From positions 1 to 64,000 of IMG/VR virus record IMGVR_UViG_3300045003_000080: a DNA stretch of 64,000 nucleotides, one strand, 5' to 3'. Source of the DNA: a virus. A program made the position numbers and the translations under genes. The notes beneath the pieces were generated by a model. That model had not been told where the DNA came from. It did no database searches and was given only the letters and a program-made list of their open reading frames with translations. Shown here in pieces: positions 35,863 to 45,611 of the stretch (position 1 is the stretch's first letter; every line of letters begins with the position of its first letter).

Positions 35863-36063
35863 ATGGCGAACTTTTTTCATCACGCTGGGGATGTCCTGCA
35901 CGAGGCCCTGCATTCGCTTGGCGACGAGTTCGACAAGGTGTTGGCGGAGCTTAGGCGCGCTGAGCAACCGGCTGTGCACGATGCGGAAGCGGCTGTTGGT
36001 GAGGCTGTGAAGGCTGCTGAGACTGTTGCAGAATCGGCAACTTCGGGTGTCGTCAACAAGTAG
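35863..36063 (+). CDS. small hypothetical protein (leaderless)
   Basis: TACACT 7 nt before the ATG. Confidence 0.6.
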   Translation: MANFFHHAGDVLHEALHSLGDEFDKVLAELRRAEQPAVHDAEAAVGEAVKAAETVAESATSGVVNK

Positions 36064-36085
36064 ACGCCATTAGTACTATGGCGCT

Positions 36086-36502
36086 ATGGGACCACTCTTC
36101 ACGGGTGACGTGCCCGTGCTACTCGACGTCGACCTTGACCCCGATCAACGGCAACTAGTTGCCAAGGTGATCGGCGACATGCCACCAGCCGATTGGTTGC
36201 GCGGGGTGATTCTGCGTGCCGCACTGTGGCAGGTAGCCGTCCGAGAGTTGCGCGAAGGCGACCCGCAACGCCACGACTGGACGTCGGAGAATCTGCCGAC
36301 GTGCCTTGTCGAGATCCTTGACGCCCAGGCGGGGAAGCTTCATTCGCCCGGTGGCGCGGTGCGCAGGTGTCTCGCGGATATCCTCAACGTGTACGACGGG
36401 ATGATGATCTACGACGACGGTGTTGCTGAGGCGCACGAAGAGATGTGGCGGGGGAGTCTGAGCACGAGCGAGTTCGTCGACGCGAAGGCGCGCCGGCCGT
36501 GA
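36086..36502 (+). CDS. hypothetical protein (leaderless)
   Basis: TACTAT 6 nt before the ATG. Confidence 0.65.
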   Translation: MGPLFTGDVPVLLDVDLDPDQRQLVAKVIGDMPPADWLRGVILRAALWQVAVRELREGDPQRHDWTSENLPTCLVEILDAQAGKLHSPGGAVRRCLADILNVYDGMMIYDDGVAEAHEEMWRGSLSTSEFVDAKARRP

Positions 36503-37062
36503 GTGACGGCTTGTTGTTCGTCGGTGTCGACGGGGTGTTGAACCCTTGGGACGTGCCGCGAGGCCGCGAGCTGCCTGGTTATGAAACGTTCTACCGGTAT
36601 CGCGAGTTCAACCCGGGTGGTTATACCGCTCCTACGGTGTGGGGGCTTGGCCCGGTGCAACGTGGCGGTACGCGTGTGCGGTTGAACCGGGAACACGGCT
36701 GCATGTTGCGTGAGGTTGCGGAGCGGTGGAGTCTGGAGTTGGTGTGGGCGACGTGGTGGGGGGATGACGCGCCCCGGTTGATCGCGCCGGTGCTCGGGTT
36801 GCCGGAGATGCGGGTGGTGCCTCTTTATCCAGGCACGAACCGTCCTGGCGAGAATTGGAAGCGTTGGGCGGTGAACTCGTTCGCGGATGGTCGGCCTTTC
36901 GGGTGGTTGGATGACGAGTTCGGTGCCGGTGACTATGTGTGGGCGGCGAACCGGCAGTTGAAGAAATGCATTCCGACGTTCGTGTGGAATGTGGATCCCA
37001 GGGAGGGTTTGACGTGGCAGGCCGTTAAGATGGTCGACACGTACTTCTGGGGCCTGTCGTGA
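36499..37062 (+). CDS. HAD domain protein (RNA-repair-associated type)
   Basis: LFVGVDGVLNP (first Asp replaced by Gly), LVWATWW, FGWLDDE. Confidence 0.8.
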   Translation: MSDGLLFVGVDGVLNPWDVPRGRELPGYETFYRYREFNPGGYTAPTVWGLGPVQRGGTRVRLNREHGCMLREVAERWSLELVWATWWGDDAPRLIAPVLGLPEMRVVPLYPGTNRPGENWKRWAVNSFADGRPFGWLDDEFGAGDYVWAANRQLKKCIPTFVWNVDPREGLTWQAVKMVDTYFWGLS

Positions 37063-37397
37063 GCGGCGAGGGGAAGCTCGTTCGGGATGGCGTTGCAGGG
37101 GTTGTGGGGGAGCGCGGTTTGGTGCCGGTTTTCCGGCATGCGCGTAGCGATGATGAGCATGGGCGTCTGCTTCGGTTGAAACTCGTTGAGGAGGTCGGTG
37201 AGGCTGTTCTTGCAGGTCCGGAGGATCTGCTTGAGGAGCTTGCGGATGTGGTTGAGGCGTGCTTGGCGCTGGCCGATCTCCATGGGTTTACGCCTGAGCA
37301 GGTCTTCGACGAGACCGATAATAAGCGTGCTCGTTTGGGTGGTTTTGGCGCTGGAACGGTTCTGTTTTGGCGTGATACTTGCAATAACATTACGTAA
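37059..37397 (+). CDS. MazG-like nucleoside triphosphate pyrophosphohydrolase
   Basis: KLVRD, KLVEEVGE, EELADVVE, KRARLGGF. Confidence 0.88.
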   Translation: MSGEGKLVRDGVAGVVGERGLVPVFRHARSDDEHGRLLRLKLVEEVGEAVLAGPEDLLEELADVVEACLALADLHGFTPEQVFDETDNKRARLGGFGAGTVLFWRDTCNNIT

Positions 37398-37414
37398 TAT
37401 CGTACACTGCGCGC

Positions 37415-38068
37415 ATGACAACCCTCCAAACCTCCGATGCCCCACCAGCATCCGGAGATGACAACACGTTGGTGCTCCCGCACCACATCGACTTCCGCGC
37501 CACCATGCACACGGTCTGGAAGCAGCTACGCGACAAGGCCAGCACCGAAGGCGAACCCTACGAACACAACGGTGTCAATGGGTTCAGCTGGAAAGGCCAC
37601 TTCGTCGCGATCGTCAGGGCCGCCTACCCCGAGCACGACGCCATGAAAATCCAGATCGCCATCGGCGCGCCCATAAAGAAGCTCGGAGTCGTCGCCAAGC
37701 TTCGCGGTGGAGGCGCAGCAGGCGCAGTGCCTGCCGAGTGGTGGGTCGCCGACAAGTGGCCCGAGGGCGAGCCGACGACACGCTGGGACGACGACGAGTC
37801 GGAGTCAGAAGTCGAGGCCGAGACCGCCACCACGCCAGTGCCGGCTGTAGCCGCACCGGCCGCCCCGGGTGGCACCTTGGACGAGCTGACGCGCATGCTC
37901 GCCGCACACATCAACAACAAGGCGCGCGAGAAGACGGAAGGCGCACGCAAGGGCCTGGTCGAGCTGCGCAACAGCCTCGAAGACACGCGCGACAGGATCA
38001 ACGACACGATCAGCGAAATCGACGCGATGATCGAAGACCTCGACGCGCAGGACGGCGACCCGCGATGA
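37415..38068 (+). CDS. hypothetical protein with C-terminal coiled coil (leaderless)
   Basis: TACACT 6 nt upstream; paralogue of the next gene. Confidence 0.75.
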   Translation: MTTLQTSDAPPASGDDNTLVLPHHIDFRATMHTVWKQLRDKASTEGEPYEHNGVNGFSWKGHFVAIVRAAYPEHDAMKIQIAIGAPIKKLGVVAKLRGGGAAGAVPAEWWVADKWPEGEPTTRWDDDESESEVEAETATTPVPAVAAPAAPGGTLDELTRMLAAHINNKAREKTEGARKGLVELRNSLEDTRDRINDTISEIDAMIEDLDAQDGDPR

Positions 38069-38709
38069 CCACGTGCAACACGCAGACCCCACTGCCCCCC
38101 CTGCCGAGCGTCCCGAGTGAGAACTACCAGGCCGCGACGGTGCACGTGTGGGCTACCATGCGGGCAAGGGCCACGACGCCGCGCGAGCACGGCAAAGTGC
38201 CAGGGTACGTAGTCGACTACTCGCTGGTGGAGACCATCCGGGACCTGTGGCCGGAACTGCGCAAGCGTCAGAAGGAACTGGCTGCCGCGCAGGGTTACAT
38301 CGGCCTGCAGCTCAAGAGCACACACCGTGCGGCGTTCCTGGACCGGCGCTCTGGCCAGTGGTGGGTTTCCGCCACCTACGACGGCTCACCCGAACAGCCC
38401 GCGCCTGCGCCCGAGCTGGCGCCTGTCGTCGAAGCCGCGCTCCCGGCGCCGGTCGCCAAGGCCGTACCCGAGCCGATCGTGGCGGGCCCGGCGCCTGCCG
38501 TGTCGCCCGATCTCGATTTGGCCGAGCTGCTCGGGCCGATAGTGGAAAAGATCGGTGGCGACCTGAGGGCGAAGAACGCGGTGCTGAGCGCGGCGCTGGC
38601 GGAGGAGAAATCCAAAAACGATGCGCTGCGCAAGTGGATCAGGGAGCTTGTCGATGAGCAGCGCTTGCACGCCCAGAAAGGCGAAGAGATCCTCGAACTC
38701 ACCGCCTAA
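38065..38709 (+). CDS. hypothetical protein with C-terminal coiled coil
   Basis: ATGA coupling; paralogue of the previous gene. Confidence 0.75.
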   Translation: MTTCNTQTPLPPLPSVPSENYQAATVHVWATMRARATTPREHGKVPGYVVDYSLVETIRDLWPELRKRQKELAAAQGYIGLQLKSTHRAAFLDRRSGQWWVSATYDGSPEQPAPAPELAPVVEAALPAPVAKAVPEPIVAGPAPAVSPDLDLAELLGPIVEKIGGDLRAKNAVLSAALAEEKSKNDALRKWIRELVDEQRLHAQKGEEILELTA

Positions 38710-38760
38710 TACTTATATACGACTGTTGCTGCGTGCTCGTGGGGAACGTACCCTGCGAGC

Positions 38761-39237
38761 ATGCCCGTGCTTGTCACTCTCACGCCCACCGAGTCGCGTG
38801 CCGCGATCCTGACCGGTGCGGAGCGTCAAATCGACGCGCTCACGCGCGGCCTGCGCGACCGGGCGGGCACGAGTGACGACACGTGGACACTGCATATCGA
38901 GGGCGCGGCCGGCGAGATGGCGGCAGCGAAAGCGTTGGGCCGCTACTGGCAGATGCCTGTGTCGACGTTCAAAAAGGGCGGCGATGTGGGGGAGTTGCAG
39001 ATACGCACCCGCTCGCAGCACAACTACGATCTGATCGTGCGCGACGACGACCGCGACGGCGACCTTTTCGTGCTCGTCACGGGGCGTATTCCCCGGTTCG
39101 CTGTACACGGGTGGATACGGGGTGGGGATGCGAAACGCGCTGAGTGGCGCAAGCAGTACGACGCACACGAGCCGGCGTTTTTCGTGCCTCAGGGGGAGTT
39201 GCGCCCTTTGGTGGAACTGGAATCGCCGGTGAGGTGA
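38761..39237 (+). CDS. putative PD-(D/E)XK-like nuclease-fold protein (leaderless)
   Basis: GAAGEMAAAKALG...GGDVG..QIRT; fold is inferred. Confidence 0.6.
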   Translation: MPVLVTLTPTESRAAILTGAERQIDALTRGLRDRAGTSDDTWTLHIEGAAGEMAAAKALGRYWQMPVSTFKKGGDVGELQIRTRSQHNYDLIVRDDDRDGDLFVLVTGRIPRFAVHGWIRGGDAKRAEWRKQYDAHEPAFFVPQGELRPLVELESPVR

Positions 39238-39479
39238 GGGCGGGGGCCCCTGCGCCTGCGAATTACGCCGGTCCCTCTCGGCGTGTGCAGGGACCCCCGA
39301 CAGTCACATGGTAGCAGAAAAGGCGCAGGCCCCCGTGTGGTTCGACGCGGCCGGCAAGCCTACGTCGCACAGGGGCCCTCGTGCATCAGCCAGGCAGGCT
39401 GCAACGGAACCAAGCACACAGTAACACAGAACGTCCGCCCCGTTCGCAGGGCGGTTCTCCGTGATGGAGATACGGCGAG

Positions 39480-39815
39480 ATGCCATCAGAACGAATCACC
39501 AAATCGCACGCCGACGACCACATCGACATGGTTGTCGGCTGGGGCAAAGGGCTCGGCGGCGACTCCCTGAACGGCCCGCTCACGCCCTACGTGCGGCTAT
39601 TCCCATGCATCGCGCCAGTGGTGCGTGACGAAGTGACGTACAAGGTGCGTGGCGGCGTCTATGTGCAACCCGATAGGGAGGACGCCCACCTGCTGGGCCT
39701 AGAACCGGGCGAGGGCGTGGGACCGGCGCAGATGCGCCTGAACCGCGCGCAGGTCAACCGCCTCATCCGTGTGCTTCGAAAAGCACGCGACCAGGCGTTC
39801 GGCCGCGACGAGTAG
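39480..39815 (+). CDS. hypothetical phage protein
   Basis: GGAG RBS; LNRAQVNRLIRVLRKARDQAFGRDE C-terminus. Confidence 0.7.
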   Translation: MPSERITKSHADDHIDMVVGWGKGLGGDSLNGPLTPYVRLFPCIAPVVRDEVTYKVRGGVYVQPDREDAHLLGLEPGEGVGPAQMRLNRAQVNRLIRVLRKARDQAFGRDE

Positions 39816-39819
39816 ACGC

Positions 39820-39871
39820 CGAACACCCCCACCCGTGCGTGGTTCTGCCAGGCGGGTGGGGGTGTTCGTTT
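39820..39871 (+). terminator. intrinsic terminator
   Basis: 16-bp stem CGAACACCCCCACCCG/CGGGTGGGGGTGTTCG then TTT. Confidence 0.8.
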
Positions 39872-39928
39872 GGACTTGGCGGGGCTGTCATCCGCCACTG
39901 CGAATGGTAACACTTATTCGGGGGGTGT

Positions 39929-42250
39929 GTGGGGCTACCGGGAAACGTCAACACCATCACCGTCACCGGCTCGTACTACGACTTTCAAGGCAACCCCCTG
40001 GCTGGCAGCGTCACGTTCATCGCATCAGCCGGCCCGCTCGCTGACCCCGGCGCACCCGCGTTCCTGAGCCCGGTCACCGTCACCGCGACCCTCGTGAACG
40101 GCAAATTCAGCACCGTCCTGCCGTGCACCGACAACGCGACGCTGTCTCCGAACGGGTTCGTGTACACGGTCATCGAAACGCTGCCCGGCACGTCCCGGTC
40201 ATACATGATCTCCCTGCCGCACTCGCTCGGTTCGAGCGTCGATCTGGCGACCGTCGCCCCCGTGACCACGCTGCCGACAGTGTCCCCATACGGGGTCCTC
40301 GCGCTTAACAACACGTGGACGGGAACGAACACCTTCAGCAGCCCGGTGGTACTCGGCACGACCACGATCGCGACCCCCCCCGGAACCACGACCGTGTTTT
40401 TGCGCGGCGACGGCACGTGGCAGGTCGCGGGTGTGCAGATCGCCGGCGACCTGGGCGGCAGCACCGGCAACCCGCAAGTGGTCTCCACGCACTTGTCGGC
40501 GCCGCTCCCGCTCGCGCAGGGTGGCACGAACGCGGCGAGCGCGAGCGCGGCACGCACCCAACTCGGCGTCGCCTACGACACCACGCCAGCCGACTACCAG
40601 CCCGACGGTGTCGCGGGCGCCGGAGCGAACGGCCTGGTCGCCGACTCCGGACACATCCACCCGCTCCAGGCGCACCAGTTCAACGTCAAAGCGTACGGCG
40701 CCAAAGGCGACGGGAAGATCGTTCACGACGGGGCGATGACCGCGTCCAGCGCGACCCTGGCGTGTACGACGTCGACCCCGTTCACGGCCGGCGACGTCGG
40801 CAAGAGCATCATCGTGCGCGGCGCCGGCCCGACGGGCGTCACCACGCTGGTCACGACGATCTCCGGGTTCACCGACTCCGGGCACGTCACCCTCGCCGCC
40901 AGCGCGTCGACCACCGTGTCCGCCACGATCGTGGCCTGGGCGACCGACGACACGGCAGCGTTCAAGCAGGCTGTCAACGCGGCGACGACGTTCGCGCAGG
41001 CGTCCCCGGCCGGATACGCCGAAGTCGTCGGCGTCCCCGGCATCTACGGGATCTTCGGCGCGCTGGTCACCGGTGGGTCGACGTTGGGCAACGCACAGAT
41101 CCCGTTGCCGATCGTCGCCACGACCGTCAACAAGGTGACGCTCGTCGTCAAGTGCCTGGAGTCGGCGACGGCTGCGACTGGGGCGCACTGGCAGCAGACA
41201 CAGTTCCAGTCCACCGCGATGACGCTGCTGTCGGGTGGGGTGTTCGCCAGCTCGGGCGCGCAGGGCTCCTCGGTCACGGCAGCCGGGAACCCGGCGATCA
41301 TCGGTGGGCCGACCCAGCCGAATCACTACGGTGATTCAAACCTGGTGTATTCGAACATGAACGCCGTGTTGCAGAACGTCACCCTGGTCACGCCCCTGTC
41401 GGCGTCGGGGTGGAACTACTGTGGCGCCGACTTCTCGGGGCTGAGCCAGGCCACGATCCGGGACGTGAACGTGACGGTCACCGGCACGTACGTCGCGAAC
41501 GACTTCAACAGCCCGGCGAACCTCGCTAGTGGTTTGTCTAAAGGCATTTTGATGCCCGCGAACGGCAACAACGACATTTGCGATATTCAGAACTTGTCGG
41601 TGTGGGGCGGCTACACCTGGGCGCTTTTCGCTACCGAGCACACAGTGATCCGTAACGCCCGGCTGCTGTACTGCTGGAGCGCTCTGACAGCCGTCGGCAA
41701 CTATTTCAACAGCGTCAGCGCGGGCCACGCGATCTACGGCGACCAGATCAGCGTCGAAGGCTGTATCTACAACATTTACATACTCGGGCAGGGTGCGTCC
41801 GGAATCGGCCCCTACCTGGACATTGCCCAAATGGACACGGAATCGCCCGCGCCCCGGCTGCGCGACGACAACTCCGGCGCTCTGGCCACCGCTCAGGGCA
41901 CCGTCAAGTTAACCGGCTTGTACACAGCGTCTTCAATCCAGACCGACGCCGCGACCACGCTGCAGATCATCAACGGCCAGCAGCCGCCCGGCGTCGTCAC
42001 CGCCCCGACGTACACGCTCGGCACAGCGTTCCAGAACACATTCTGGCGGCCTGCCACCGTGATCCTCGCAGGCGGCACCGTGACGTTCGTGAAGATCGGC
42101 GCGACCATGGGCGGCCCGTCGGCGCCGACGATGAACACGGTGTGGACCGGGGCGCTGTCCGGGACGCTCACTGTGTCGCTGCCCCCGGGCGGCTGGCTGG
42201 AAATCGACGGCAGCGTGAAACCGACCACCAACACGTGGATCCTCAGCTAG
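39929..42250 (+). CDS. tailspike/tail-fibre-like protein with pectate-lyase-like beta-helix
   Basis: FNVKAYGAKGDG and TDDTAAFKQAV motifs, FLRGDGTW, Gly/Thr/Asn-rich. Confidence 0.8.
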   Translation: MGLPGNVNTITVTGSYYDFQGNPLAGSVTFIASAGPLADPGAPAFLSPVTVTATLVNGKFSTVLPCTDNATLSPNGFVYTVIETLPGTSRSYMISLPHSLGSSVDLATVAPVTTLPTVSPYGVLALNNTWTGTNTFSSPVVLGTTTIATPPGTTTVFLRGDGTWQVAGVQIAGDLGGSTGNPQVVSTHLSAPLPLAQGGTNAASASAARTQLGVAYDTTPADYQPDGVAGAGANGLVADSGHIHPLQAHQFNVKAYGAKGDGKIVHDGAMTASSATLACTTSTPFTAGDVGKSIIVRGAGPTGVTTLVTTISGFTDSGHVTLAASASTTVSATIVAWATDDTAAFKQAVNAATTFAQASPAGYAEVVGVPGIYGIFGALVTGGSTLGNAQIPLPIVATTVNKVTLVVKCLESATAATGAHWQQTQFQSTAMTLLSGGVFASSGAQGSSVTAAGNPAIIGGPTQPNHYGDSNLVYSNMNAVLQNVTLVTPLSASGWNYCGADFSGLSQATIRDVNVTVTGTYVANDFNSPANLASGLSKGILMPANGNNDICDIQNLSVWGGYTWALFATEHTVIRNARLLYCWSALTAVGNYFNSVSAGHAIYGDQISVEGCIYNIYILGQGASGIGPYLDIAQMDTESPAPRLRDDNSGALATAQGTVKLTGLYTASSIQTDAATTLQIINGQQPPGVVTAPTYTLGTAFQNTFWRPATVILAGGTVTFVKIGATMGGPSAPTMNTVWTGALSGTLTVSLPPGGWLEIDGSVKPTTNTWILS

Positions 42251-42258
42251 GAGGACTC

Positions 42259-42459
42259 GTGGCCGACGCGCACGCACGGCAGCCCACCAGTATCGAGGTG
42301 TTCGCGGTCGTGACCCGCGCCGACGGCACCGTCCAGGACCAGGGCCTCGTGTCCGCGACATACTCGTGGCGTAAACCGATCAAGAAACTGCTGTGGCCCC
42401 TGCGTAAACGACAGGCGGACCGGCGCATCAAAGCCTTCAACCCGGAACGTGAGGAGTGA
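42259..42459 (+). CDS. small virion-associated hypothetical protein
   Basis: AGGAGG RBS; VVTRADGTVQDQG. Confidence 0.6.
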   Translation: MADAHARQPTSIEVFAVVTRADGTVQDQGLVSATYSWRKPIKKLLWPLRKRQADRRIKAFNPEREE

Positions 42460-42465
42460 ACCCGG

Positions 42466-43089
42466 ATGGCAGCCGTCCTCACAACCAAAGGGCGCGACAT
42501 TCTAACCAATCGTATTAAAGCCGGTGGCACTGAGCCGCTCAACGTCGGCTGGGGCAACAATCCAAACACATTGACGGCTGCGAACACGGACGTCGCCCTG
42601 TTCAAACCGGCAGCTGAAGCCCGCGTCGCGGGCACCTCGACGCAGCAGACGACGACCACCACCAACGACACATATCAAGTGGTTGCGACGATCACCTCGT
42701 CCTCGGGGCAGACGATCGCGGAGGTCGGCCTGTTCGACTCGACGAGCGTCCCGTTCTCCACGACCTGGGCGACAGCGCCGACGACGACATCGGGCACCAC
42801 GGGCACGTTATCGGCGTCGTACACCCCGGCGAACAACACGTATATCCAGTCTCGTACTGAGGTCATGCAGGTCACGGCCGGTACGGGGACCACGAGTGTG
42901 ACGGTGGTGCGGGCGGCGAACGGGTCGACGGCGACGACGAGTTCGAACGGTGACACCACGACGAGCGGGAACGTGCCGGGCAGCTCGACGATCACGGGCG
43001 GGAGCATGTTCCTGCACGCGGACCACGGCGCCAATACTTTGAATAATGGTGATAGTATAACTTATACGATCAAAATCAGCTTCTCGTAA
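42466..43089 (+). CDS. putative structural protein (tail-collar-like)
   Basis: LTTKGRD...IAEVGLF...LNNGDSITYTIKI. Confidence 0.7.
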   Translation: MAAVLTTKGRDILTNRIKAGGTEPLNVGWGNNPNTLTAANTDVALFKPAAEARVAGTSTQQTTTTTNDTYQVVATITSSSGQTIAEVGLFDSTSVPFSTTWATAPTTTSGTTGTLSASYTPANNTYIQSRTEVMQVTAGTGTTSVTVVRAANGSTATTSSNGDTTTSGNVPGSSTITGGSMFLHADHGANTLNNGDSITYTIKISFS

Positions 43090-43101
43090 CACGGGGGGCG
43101 T

Positions 43102-43800
43102 GTGGCGATCGCGTTCGACAACACCGGATCAGCCTTCAGCAACGCCGCCACGAGCCTTTCGATTGACATCACGGCAGCCGCCACCGGCGCCTGGGTGTAC
43201 GCGTATTTCCAAATCGGTGGCTCGGAACCCAACGGTGTGACCCTGGCCGGCTGGAACAAACTCATCGACCAAAACGAGCCCAATAGCGGGTCACATTTCG
43301 CCATGTTCCGGCGCGTGAAACAGTCCGGCGACACCACGTTCTCGGCGAGTTTCCAATCCTCGCAATCGGTGGTGGCCGCCTGGTCCAGTTACACGGGTTT
43401 GAATTCGGACGTCCCGGATGAGGGTTTCCAGGGAGCGTCGCAGCAGTCGACGACCTCCTCCTACACCACGCCCACCGGCACCCCTGTGGATAACACGAGG
43501 TGGGCGCTCGCTGCCGTGGGCGCCCGGTCTACCGTCAGCGCCGAAACGTGGACAGCGCCCGCGTCACTCACCCTGCGCGTCCAGGCAGTGAACACGGCGT
43601 CACGCTGGGACCCAGTCGCGATCGCGGATTCCAACGGGGCTGTGGCCGCGTCGGCGCAAAGTTACACGTTCACACTCTCGGCGTCTGAGGCGCATGGTGG
43701 CAAGGTTCTGGGTTTCCTCGTTCCGTCTACGGCGACGGACCCCGCTTATCCGCCCCCGATTTTCGAACGGCAGGCCCTTCCGCGTGCCGCAACCTGGTAG
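43102..43800 (+). CDS. putative structural protein
   Basis: Beta-rich Ser/Thr/Ala composition within the virion block. Confidence 0.7.
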   Translation: MAIAFDNTGSAFSNAATSLSIDITAAATGAWVYAYFQIGGSEPNGVTLAGWNKLIDQNEPNSGSHFAMFRRVKQSGDTTFSASFQSSQSVVAAWSSYTGLNSDVPDEGFQGASQQSTTSSYTTPTGTPVDNTRWALAAVGARSTVSAETWTAPASLTLRVQAVNTASRWDPVAIADSNGAVAASAQSYTFTLSASEAHGGKVLGFLVPSTATDPAYPPPIFERQALPRAATW

Positions 43801-43808
43801 GGAGGGGT

Positions 43809-44306
43809 GTGGCAGGTCTTTATATCGCCACGACGGGCGCGATGGCGACGACGGCTGCGAGCGTGAAACTGGCAACGGGTACGTCGATTAAGACGCTGTT
43901 GCAGGTGGCTTCGTCTGCGACGCGGCCTTTGTTTGTCGTCGAGTGGGGTATTTCTTTCGACGGTAATACGGCGCAGACCCCGATCGAGTGCGAGCTGATT
44001 CAGACGGATGTGGCGGCGACGGTGACGGCACACGTCGCAGCAGGTGTACAACCATACGATGACCCCAATGCTCCGGCGAGCACCGTCACGTTGGGCACGG
44101 CAGCCACCGGCTACAACGCGTCCGGCGAAGGCTCGACCACCACCACCCGGTACGCCGACCTGCAGCTTGTGCCGCCCACGACGCAGTACATCAAGCAATG
44201 GCCCCTTGGGCGCGAGTTCCAGTTGCCCGTGTCGAAGTTCCTGAGGGTGAGGGTGACGGCAGCGAACACGGTGAACGCGTACGCGTACGTCATATGGCAG
44301 GAGTGA
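43809..44306 (+). CDS. putative structural protein
   Basis: Within the virion block. Confidence 0.7.
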   Translation: MAGLYIATTGAMATTAASVKLATGTSIKTLLQVASSATRPLFVVEWGISFDGNTAQTPIECELIQTDVAATVTAHVAAGVQPYDDPNAPASTVTLGTAATGYNASGEGSTTTTRYADLQLVPPTTQYIKQWPLGREFQLPVSKFLRVRVTAANTVNAYAYVIWQE

Positions 44307-44329
44307 CAGGGCCCTGATACGGGGGTTGT

Positions 44330-45283
44330 GTGTCGAGGTTCTTCCGCTCCCACCCGTCGAGTTTCCCCGGGCACACGGCTGGCGCGCACGTCCTGATCGG
44401 CACCCCGATCGTGAGCGCGGGGGCGCAGAACTTCAACGTCACCGTCACCGCCACGTCCACCTCGTCGGCGACGCTGACCCGGGCGATCGCCAAGACTCTC
44501 AGCTACGCCAGCACGTCGATCACGACGGTGACGCGCGGCGTTGCCACGACCCGGACCGCCAGCAGCTCCGGGGCGCCGACCCTCATCCGCAACGTCGGGC
44601 TGACACGCAGCTACGCTTCGACCAGCGCCGTCACCCTGGCGCGCGCGCTCGCGTTGACGCGCACCGTCGCGGCCTCCTCGTCGGCGACGCTCACGCGCGC
44701 GCTCGCATTCACCCGCACGGCGACGTCGACGTCGACCGCGACATTCACGCGCGGCGTGGGCGTGGTGCGTTCGTACGCGTCGACCAGCACAACCAGCCTG
44801 ACGCGCGCTCTCACGAAGACGCTCACCCTCGCGGCGACGTCGACCGGGTCGACGCTGCGCAACGTCGGCAAAACCCTCACCGGGTCGTCGACGTCGACCG
44901 GGTCGGCCGCGTTCGCCCGCGCCTACTTCCGCACCCTGACCTACGCCGCGAGCAGCACGGCCAGCCTGACGCGCGCCGCATCGCTCACCCGCGCCTACGC
45001 GGCAGCCGGCACCGCCAGCGCTGGGCGGGCCCTGGCGAAAACCCTGACCTGCGCGGCGTCGGGCACGGCGTCGTTCACACGCGGCTACGGCAGGATCCTC
45101 ACGGTCGCGGTGTCGTCACTGGCGACACTGATCCGCGTCGTCGTCCCGAAACCCGTCCCGGTCCGTATCCGCACCTGGCCGCCCCAGGCGAAATGGGTCG
45201 CGTGGCCGGCGTTGACGGTGTGGCGTGTCGCGGCCCCGGTCGCGAAATGGCTGTCGCAGCCTCCGATGAGCGACGACACGTAA
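44330..45283 (+). CDS. Thr/Ser/Ala-rich ~17-aa repeat protein
   Basis: Repeats such as LTRALAFTRTATSTSTAT. Confidence 0.75.
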   Translation: MSRFFRSHPSSFPGHTAGAHVLIGTPIVSAGAQNFNVTVTATSTSSATLTRAIAKTLSYASTSITTVTRGVATTRTASSSGAPTLIRNVGLTRSYASTSAVTLARALALTRTVAASSSATLTRALAFTRTATSTSTATFTRGVGVVRSYASTSTTSLTRALTKTLTLAATSTGSTLRNVGKTLTGSSTSTGSAAFARAYFRTLTYAASSTASLTRAASLTRAYAAAGTASAGRALAKTLTCAASGTASFTRGYGRILTVAVSSLATLIRVVVPKPVPVRIRTWPPQAKWVAWPALTVWRVAAPVAKWLSQPPMSDDT

Positions 45284-45293
45284 GGGGGGCGGC

Positions 45294-45611
45294 ATGTTGC
45301 AGCTCTCCTCGCTCGCGACCGCCTACGTGCGCATCCCCGTGTACGCGGATCAGCTCGGCGTCGTGGTCGACCCGTCGGCGTACACGGTGACGATGGCGTT
45401 CATCTCCGGCCCGTTGAATCCGGGTGCGGGAGATTGGAAGACGGCGTCGTGGACGACGACGGCGCAGGGCCAGCACGTCGCCCAGTGCCTCGTCGGACCC
45501 ACCGGGGGCACGATCACCCTCACGGCTGGGTTGACATACAACGTGTGGATCCAGATCGCCGCAACCCCCGAAACAGTGATCATCAACACCGGTCAGATGC
45601 AGGTGGTGTAA
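45294..45611 (+). CDS. putative structural protein (BppU-like beta domain)
   Basis: AAGGGGG RBS; YNVWIQI. Confidence 0.65.
   Translation: MLQLSSLATAYVRIPVYADQLGVVVDPSAYTVTMAFISGPLNPGAGDWKTASWTTTAQGQHVAQCLVGPTGGTITLTAGLTYNVWIQIAATPETVIINTGQMQVV

Noticed and set aside
35874-35885. Eighth copy of the TTTCATCACGC promoter motif
   Set aside because: Lies inside a coding region and lacks the downstream TTGAC; probably chance.
39240-39470. Hairpin-rich intergenic stretch as an ncRNA
   Set aside because: Only GC-rich hairpins with no repeated or covarying motif; cannot be distinguished from terminators or background.
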